From the NCBI GenBank assembly GCA_000388065.2, contig KB932208.1: a DNA stretch of 11,311 nt; one strand, given 5' to 3'. The first letter of the stretch is position 1. Each line of letters begins with the position of its first letter. This DNA is from Fonticula alba ATCC 38817 (taxonomy: Eukaryota; Protista; Nucleariida). Both the position numbers and the translations under genes were made by a program. Of this stretch, positions 1 through 6,462 are shown piece by piece. The notes beneath the pieces were generated by a model. It had not been told where the DNA came from, did no database searches, and was given only the letters and a program-made list of their open reading frames with translations.

Positions 1-30
1 CCCCCCCCCCCCCCCGTCGCCTCTCCGCAG

Positions 31-1710
31 CGCTGAAGTATGTCACCTTCCCCACGCAGACTCTGGGCAAGTGTGCCAAGATGATCCCGGTGCTCATCTG
101 GGGCGCGCTGGTCCACCGCCGCGACTACTCCTGGCGCGACTACGCCGTGTCGCTTGGTGTCATGACCGGCTGCACGATCTTCCTCACCACCGGTGTGCGT
201 GTCTTCTTTGTTGTGCCCGCCCGTCGATGAGAGGAAAGGGCACAGAGACGCCCTTCCTGTCGTCGCGAAAGTCACTCCCTTCCAGGCACCCCCCCCCCCC
301 AGATGTGGTGCCATCCGCGATGGTTCGGCTGACCCCCCCCCTCCCCACAGGCCATCACCTCGACTTCTACCAACGCCCCCTCGCAGGACTCGCCTCTTGG
401 CCTGGCCCTGGTGTCGATGTACCTCTTCTTTGATGGGTTCACCTCGACTTTCCAAGAGCGCCTCTTCCGCGGGCACTCGATGTCCACCTACAACCAGATG
501 CTCTACGTGAACATCTGCTCGGCCATCATCAGCTTTGCCAGTGCGTCCGCCTCTCCGGCCGCGCGTGTCCCACATCATCCCTGCCGCTGTTGTTGCTGTT
601 CTCCGCTGCACCCCCACCCCCCCCGGGCTGGGGCTTGTGCCGCCCTGTGTTGCTCTCTCTTTATGCACGGCGGAAGGTGTTGCCACTCTCTGACACACTC
701 CTCTTCCCCGGATCTGGTCTCCCCTGGTCTCAGTGCTCATCCCCGGCGGGCGTCTCATCCGCGCGCTCACCTTCGCCTCGGAGTACCCGGCCATGCTGCG
801 CGATGCCTCGACCCTTTCCTTTGCCGCGGCTCTCGGGCAGATGGTCATCTACCACACGATCCGCCTCTTCGGCGCGCTGACCTACAGCACAATCATGATC
901 ACTCGTCAGGTGGTTTCGCTCTTCCTGTCGGCCATGCTCTTCGGCCACTCGCTGACTGGCTGGCAGTGGGTTGGTGCTGGGTTTGTCTTCGCTGCGCTGT
1001 ACTACCAGGGTGCGTGCTTGGTCTCTCTCTCTCTCTCTCTCTCCCTCTCTCTCTCTCTCTCCCCCACTCTCTCTTCATATATGGTTGTATCTCCCTCTTC
1101 TTTCCCCGCCCGCAGGGGAATCGGTCGAGGCAGGGGAATGACCTGCGAAAACCCGATGCCTGACTCTCTATTTGACCCGAAAACAATGGCACGCCTCAGG
1201 CTTCGTGCGCAACTCCAAGCCCAAGAAGCAGTCTCTCCCGACGACGGCCGTCGGCACAAGCGGCACCAGCACCGCGGCGACTGGCGGTTCTGGCCGCAAC
1301 AAGCTCCGTAAGGCCCTGAGTGGCGTCGGGTCCACCACCCCCGGCGAGGCCCGTCCTACTCCCCCGCTTTCCTCCAACATCGGTCCGTCATGCACCCGGC
1401 TTCTCCTTCTCTCTCTCTCTCTCCCCCACTTTTCCGGTTGGTCCCGGCAGCATGTGCTGCACGCTTGTGTGGATGTTCCATGACCCCCTCCTCCGCCTTA
1501 TTACCCAGCCGGCGTACTGACTCTCTCTCTCTCTCTCATGTCCATTGGGCTTCTGTCAAAACAACAGCCAACAGCGATAACAGCTTCGAGATGACCCTCC
1601 TCCAGACAGGAGGTCCTGGCCATTCGTCCGAACGTCAGACCCCGCTCTCGGCCACCGGCGGCCACATGTCGGCCATGCCACATCAGCAGGCCGTCCGCTC
1701 GGCTGTCTGA
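31..1710 (+). CDS. SLC35B2: SLC35B2/PAPST1- or plant UTR5-like UAA-family nucleotide-sugar/PAPS transporter, 5'-truncated. Exons <31-194, 351-540, 734-1009, 1200-1382, 1568-1710(TGA).
   Basis: The spliced translation contains ALKYVTFPTQTLGKCAKMIPVLIWG, YLFFDGFTSTFQERLF, YNQMLYVN and GQMVIYHTIRLFGALTYSTIMITRQVVSLFLSAMLFGHSLTGWQWVG, which are characteristic SLC35B/UAA motifs and closest by recollection to SLC35B2 and Arabidopsis UTR5. Donors are GTGCGT (195, 541, 1010) and GTCCGT (1383), with CAG acceptors, upstream CTGAC sites and phases 0/1/1/1 that all match. The last two exons (about 108-aa low-complexity tail) rest on splice signals only. Substrate cannot be determined from sequence. Confidence 0.85.
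1022..1061. repeat. (CT)n microsatellite in the transporter intron at 1010-1199
   Basis: About 20 TC dinucleotides with one interruption. Similar shorter (CT)n runs occur near 1407-1423 and 1520-1537. Confidence 0.85.
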
Positions 1711-1910
1711 TGGTGCCCCATGTTCCATCCCGTCACTCATCCGACGGGGGCATCCTCGCTCGCGCCTCCGCCGCCCCGCCCGGGAAAGAGCGAAGGGCGG
1801 GGGAAGGTGAGAAGCCAAGGGTGGCTCCAAGAGAGCCGCACGACGTGCCTCTCTTCGTTCCTCCCGGCTGCGCACCCCTCCGTGCCTTCGGCGGCTGTGA
1901 GGAGTCACCC

Positions 1911-1990
1911 ACGCACCCACATCCACCCACACCCACCCACATCCACCCACATCCACCCACACCCACCCACACCCACCCACACCCACACGC
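1911..1990. repeat. Tandem 10-bp repeat A(C/T)CCACCCAC, about 8 copies
   Basis: Read directly: acgcacccac atccacccac acccacccac atccacccac atccacccac acccacccac acccacccac acccacacgc. Confidence 0.9.
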
Positions 1991-3258
1991 GCATGTGAGA
2001 CGTACCGCCGTCACTTCCCCCCTTTTCCGGCAACTCAGAGTGCTGGCGCAAGAGAGCCCCCTCATCTCACTGCCCGGAACCCGGAGGAAAGATGGCATGC
2101 GCAAGTGTGGTGATGGGCATTCCCATATTGGTGAAGGTGTCTGTGTCTGTGTTCGCGCGCGCATATGTGTGTTTTCGAAAACCTTCAAACGTGGCTGTGC
2201 CCCCCCCCCCCCCCACCCCCCAGGAGGAAGTCCAAGGAGAGAGGAGCCAGGCACTGGGGACAAGGAGATCCCCTCTTCACTTTCTCAAGCCCGCAGATTC
2301 ACCCGCATTCCGAGGATCTCACGAACACAGTGGGAGATCCACCGCCGAAGCATGGGCCACTGTGAGCAGGGGAGGGGGTTCAGCAACAGCCGACCCCCGG
2401 GGCGGCCCCCCCCACCCCCCCTACCCTCTCTTCTTTGCTCCCCTCGCGTTTCCATGCTCGGCCCATTCGTCAGTATGTAGTGTCGTCCCAACGCCTCGAT
2501 CTCTTCGCGCTGCGCCCCCTTGTGCAGGGGGGTGGTGGTCAATCTGGCCACCTGCTCGGGGGGAGAGGAGGGGCACACGCCCACGCTGTTTGCTGCACAT
2601 GTCTTCCCTCGTCGCTTTCCCCAAGATGGAACTATATCCCGTCGCACAGAGAGCGACCACCAGCCCCCCCCCTCCCACAACGCACCTATGCCGCCTCCGC
2701 CTCCCTCTCCCCCGCCTTTCCTGATATATTCCCCGTGTCAACGCTGTATACTATTTTCATATAAACAACCCCCCCCCCCAAAAAAACCCACCTACTCCAT
2801 AGTTGGGTCCTTGTTTCCCCTCAAGGCAGGAACGCGAGGAGGATGATAGATCCTTGACATGCCTGCGGGGCTATGTGCCCGTATTTCGCCTTGTGTCTGT
2901 CGGTGACTCCCCCTCCCTCGCCCTCTCCCTCCGCCCGTGTGTGCATGCGCATCATCCATGGTACACACCGAAAGGAGCCAAGAAAAGCATACCAGATGCT
3001 CCGAAAATGGATGGCGTGGGTGGGCATTTGCGTGCCCGGCTGCGCAAGCGTACATGGGGTCGTACACTTGCCCGAGTTGGGGGCGCCTGTGATGGGGCAA
3101 CCGCGAGAAAGAGGCGCCCGGCCACGGCCAGAAGGTGGCCCGCAAGTTGTGGGCTACCGCTGCTCGTATCATGTGAGCGGATCTAAACAATCAGAACGCA
3201 CAACTCCCCACTTTTGTGTTCACACCCGCATTTGGTGCTGGTCTTGCGCCGATCCTCC

Positions 3259-3302
3259 GGGGGGGGGGGGGCGGGCGGGCGGGTTTATGAGCGCGCGCGC
3301 GC
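3259..3302 (+). promoter_or_regulatory. Putative RPB11 proximal promoter elements (G run, overlapping GGGCGG boxes, TTTATG, (GC)6)
   Basis: Located 110-155 nt upstream of ATG 3413. Motif-only inference with no TSS evidence. Confidence 0.25.
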
Positions 3303-3412
3303 ACGGCGAACGGGGTCCCACGCCGGGGCAGGCAAGAATCATCCCCCTTCCTCCCTCCCCCCCCCCGCCCCACGCTGCCTCTTCCCTCCGCCCCTCTGTT
3401 GAGAACGAAAAA

Positions 3413-4000
3413 ATGCGCGGCATCAACGCCCCGGATCCCAATAGCCTTGTCTACAATGAGGACAACACTCCGAAGTACGCGTCCGGTGCTCCGTGTTTGC
3501 CATCCACGCCTTTCGCCTGTCAGCGCGCTGACCGTCAACTCTCTTCGCCAGGGTTACCTTCCATGTGGAGCCGACGGTGCCGAATGCCGGGACCTTCGAA
3601 CTTGACCGCGAGGATCACACCCTTGGGAATCTCATTCGCATGTGCGTTTCTCCTTCGTTCCGAGCCCGTGGCTGTACATTTTGTAGCTGACACCTTCCGT
3701 TTGTATCTCCCCCTCTCTGTGTCTGTGTCTCTTCCTTCCTTCCGCCCGCCCGCCCGCCCGCCCGCCTGCCATGCACACCCTCAGGTACGCTCTGAAGGAT
3801 GAGCGTGTGCTCTTCTGCGGCTATAAGGTCCCGCATCCGCTGGAGCACACGGTCCAGATCAAGATCCAGTCGGTTCCCCCCACGGCTTCGGCCTCGGAGA
3901 TCGGCATGTACTCGGTGGGTGGCCCGCGCGCCGCTTTCATCCGCGCGGTTGCCTCGGCTCGTCGCGACGTCATGGCCCTGGAGTCTTCCTTCGAGGTGCG

Positions 4001-4051
<51 letters not shown>

Positions 4052-4236
4052 ACTCGCCCATCGACCCTCGCATGCATCCCTGCCGTTTGACGATCCGCTC
4101 GGTCACATACTCACCATTGCCGCCCTGTTTCTTGTGTTCCACCCTCCACATGGGCGAATCATGCTTGCGACCCTTTGTCCACCCGCAGAAGAGCCTCAAC
4201 GATTATTACACCTCGCATCACACCCAGCAGAACTAG
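3413..4236 (+). CDS. RPB11: DNA-directed RNA polymerase II subunit RPB11 (POLR2J), 136 aa. Exons 3413-3474, 3552-3641, 3785-3995, 4189-4236.
   Basis: The spliced protein is MRGINAPDPNSLVYNEDNTPKVTFHVEPTVPNAGTFELDREDHTLGNLIRMYALKDERVLFCGYKVPHPLEHTVQIKIQSVPPTASASEIGMYSVGGPRAAFIRAVASARRDVMALESSFEKSLNDYYTSHHTQQN*. It has the RPB11/L signature EDHTLGN plus NAPD, VPNA and YKVPHPLEH, which favour RPB11 over RPC19/AC19. Introns are GT-AG with phases 2/2/0, and the 411-nt CDS is in frame. Confidence 0.9.
4006..4051. repeat. Poly-C homopolymer (46 nt) in RPB11 intron 3
   Basis: Uninterrupted C run starting 10 nt into the intron. The exact length may be affected by assembly error. Confidence 0.9.
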
Positions 4237-4473
4237 AACTGCTTGTGAGCTGCCCCTTGCGCGGCGCTCTGCTTTTCTTTGTTTGCCGTCGCCCGGCCAA
4301 ATGTACCATAGCCTATCTGTTCGACGTAGCAGTGGAGCACGCTGCCTCCCCCCCCCCCCCCTGCTGTCCCTTCTCCCTGGCAGGAGACCAGGTGTTCAAA
4401 ATGGGGAAAGGCCATTCCATTCCGGAACGGAGGAAAGTACTCCTGCATAGTGACAGGAGGGGAGAAGTGTTTA

Positions 4474-4531
4474 TGTGTGTGTGTGTGTGTGTGTCGCTCT
4501 GACAGTGACAGTGGCTGCGACAGTGGCTGTG
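4474..4531. repeat. (GT)n microsatellite followed by short GACAGT(GGCTG) repeats between the convergent RPB11 and NEDD8 3' ends
   Basis: tgtgtgtgtgtgtgtgtgtgt, then gacagtgacagtggctgcgacagtggctgtg. Confidence 0.75.
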
Positions 4532-4542
4532 TGTGGGTGCTA

Positions 4543-4557
4543 TTGTACATTAAAAAA
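4543..4557 (+). terminator. Candidate RPB11 polyadenylation region (TGTA + ATTAAA)
   Basis: ttgtacattaaaaaa is an AT-rich island about 310 nt after the RPB11 stop. ATTAAA is at 4549-4554, and the palindromic TGTACA gives UGUA on both strands. Motif-only inference. Confidence 0.35.
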
Positions 4558-4720
4558 GGAGAAGGGTGGGCCAGGACGGTAGCCAGAAGATGGAGGGGAC
4601 ATGCGGGCTCCGGCATGCGCCTGTGGGCTATCGGAGGGGGGCCCCAGAGCCCGGGGGCGATCCACGTTCGATTTTCCGCCCCGTCGTCCTGGCGGCAGGG
4701 GCTCACTCTGCCCCACAGGC

Positions 4721-5494
4721 TCAAAGGCCACCGCGAAGGGTGAGCACCAAATGCAAGACAGTGCCACCCTCGATCTTGCAGCTGGAGGCGGTCAGGGACT
4801 CCTCGCTGTTTGCGCACGGCCACCAAAGAAAGGCAGGGGAGAAGGGAGGAGAGGTGTTAGTCGGGAGCATGCACTCGGTATGGCATCCGGGCAGAGCGAG
4901 GCTCGCACAGTTGACGACCAGCGAAAATCAGGCTGACACGCGTCAAGAAGCCGGTCCGCGAGGCGGGCGAGGCGGGCGGGGGCGGGGGTTAGTATGGGCG
5001 CGAGCAGGACAAGCCCCGGGTCATCGAGAGGCAGTACCGCTGCTGAGAAGGGGGCACGCCCTCGCGCTCCTCGATGCGCTCCTTGATGGAGAGGATCTGC
5101 CCTTGGTGGGGGCCGTTGTGGCTGGACGTCAGCTGAATGCACGGCAAGAGGGGAGAACAGGGGGGCAGGAAAGAGGCGGAGGAGGAGCGGGTGGGAAATA
5201 GCGCACGGTCTCATAGGGCTCGATGTCAATCTCGAGCTGATGTGCGACAGGCGAAGATGTCATGGGCAGGCGCAAGGGAGCGGAATGCAGGAGGTGAGTA
5301 TGCAGGCGGGGGTCGGGCGGGAGTAGGTGTGAAGGACATACCTCACGCCCGGTAAGAAGCTGAATGGAGAGATGGGAAAGGGCCAGGTTAGTGGGGCAAT
5401 CGGAGAGGCGCGAACTGCTGGGAGCTGGAGTTAACACGGGCAGAGCGTTCCCTGACCGGGGTACAGCCGGGCATACCTTGACCTTGACGAGCAT
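4721..5494 (-). CDS. NEDD8: NEDD8/Rub1 ubiquitin-like modifier precursor, 77 aa (76 + 1-residue tail). Exons 5494-5477, 5359-5342, 5236-5207, 5096-5038, 4932-4909, 4805-4721.
   Basis: The spliced protein is [77 protein letters not shown]. It aligns without gaps to NEDD8/Rub1, with NEDD8-type K4, E12, E14, E31/E32 and non-Arg residue 72 (Thr, as in yeast Rub1), and LRGG followed by one residue. All five introns are GT...CAG and the phases (0,0,0,2,2) match. Confidence 0.95.
4988..4994 (-). promoter_or_regulatory. Perfect TACTAAC branch-point sequence in NEDD8 intron 4
   Basis: The + strand gttagta reads TACTAAC on the minus strand, about 55 nt upstream of the 3' splice site. CACTAAC and GACTAAC occur in NEDD8 introns 1 and 5. 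Confidence 0.65.
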
Positions 5495-5520
5495 GGTGGG
5501 GCCGAAGTGCGGGGAAGGGG

Positions 5521-5665
5521 GAGGCAGGGGAAGGAGAAGGAGAGAGAAAGAGAGAGAGGGAGAGAGAAGGAGAGAGAGAGGGAGAGAGGGAGAGAGAAGG
5601 AGAGAGAGAGGGAGAGAGAGGGAGAGAGAGGGAGAGAGAGAAAGAGCGAGACACAGACACACACG
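5521..5665. repeat. GA-rich polypurine microsatellite, then (AC)n, directly upstream of the NEDD8 ATG
   Basis: (GA)n/GGAGA repeats with a duplicated ~30-bp unit (agagagaaggagagagagagggagagag at 5561-5588 and 5591-5618). Confidence 0.9.
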
Positions 5666-6462
5666 CGATGGGAGGTCTCAAGGGAGAGGAGGCCGACGAG
5701 CGGGTGGCAGGGGGGGGGGAGGAGTGATTGGTGGGGGCGCTACCGGCCGGCCCGCGCCCCCGGCACAGGGCTGGCTGTTGTGCAATGCGCAGGCCCAGAT
5801 CCCCGAACAAGCCAGGGGATCGGGCGGAGGGGCGGGGGATCGGGCTGGGGGATCGTGCAGGGGGATCTCCCCGGCGCAACGGCGGGCCGGCAAAGACGGC
5901 GACCGTATGTCGGTTGCTGGTGCAATGCTCCCCGGCGGTGGGTCCTGCGCGCAGAGACATCCCCACCGGCGGCCTGCCTGCCTGCTGGCTGGCTGGCTGG
6001 CTGCGCGCGGCGCGGGGGGAGGCGGGCGGGCAGAAGACGTCGGGAGATCCACGTGATCGCTGCCAAACGCAGCAGTCTTGTCCCGCCTGCCGGGGGGGGG
6101 CGAGGTCCCGCTGCCTTGGGCGCCGGCATGGCGTTCGATCGGAGGTGTGCATATGTGTGACAGATTGTCCGCCGATCGGGGGCAGGCAGGCAGGGGGGGG
6201 GGGGGGGGGGGAGGGCATCTTGTCATTGCATTGGCCTGCTTGGCCCTCTGTCCCGTGTGCGCTGAGCTTTGTGTGTCGGGTGCCTTGTGTGTATATTTTT
6301 TTGCTTCTTCTGGGTCGATATTTTTCTTCCGCTCCTCCTCGGGCCTGTGCCGGGGTTGCCGCGGCCGCCCGCAGCAGGATGAGATGGGCTGGCGGCGCCA
6401 GCGACCGGGCCGGGGCCGGGCCGCGCCTGCGCAATCCGAGGCGCGCCATCGTCCTGGAGGGG

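Noticed and set aside
2171-2182. Perfect 12-bp palindrome GTTTTCGAAAAC next to GCGCGCGC and CATATG palindromes
   Set aside because: A few 12-bp palindromes are expected by chance in 11 kb, it is not a proper heat-shock element, and there is no other support.
2792-3190. Minus-strand ORF with a transit-peptide-like start (MIRAAVAHNLRATFW...) and a GTATGC donor
   Set aside because: No consistent downstream exon chain could be built, and local C-skew favours the + strand.
2873-3412. N-terminal extension of RPB11 suggested by ORF 2873..3802
   Set aside because: There is no RPB11 similarity upstream of ATG 3413, and stop-free GC-rich upstream sequence is expected.
3413-4236. Assignment as RPC19/POLR1D (Pol I/III subunit)
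   Set aside because: NAPD, VPNA, LKD..VLF and YKVPHPLEH fit RPB11 better, and only FCGY is RPC19-like.
4721-5494. Assignment as ubiquitin or a ubiquitin-fusion gene
   Set aside because: K4, E12, E14, E31/E32 and T72 are NEDD8/Rub1-type, and there is a single unit with a 1-aa tail.
2332-6052. Identical 11-mer GGGAGATCCAC at 2332 and 6042
   Set aside because: Repeated 11-mers are expected by chance at this length and GC content.
5973-6194. (CCTG)n...(CAGG)n inverted pair as possible MITE ends
   Set aside because: These are simple tetranucleotide repeats with no target-site duplication or extended terminal repeat.
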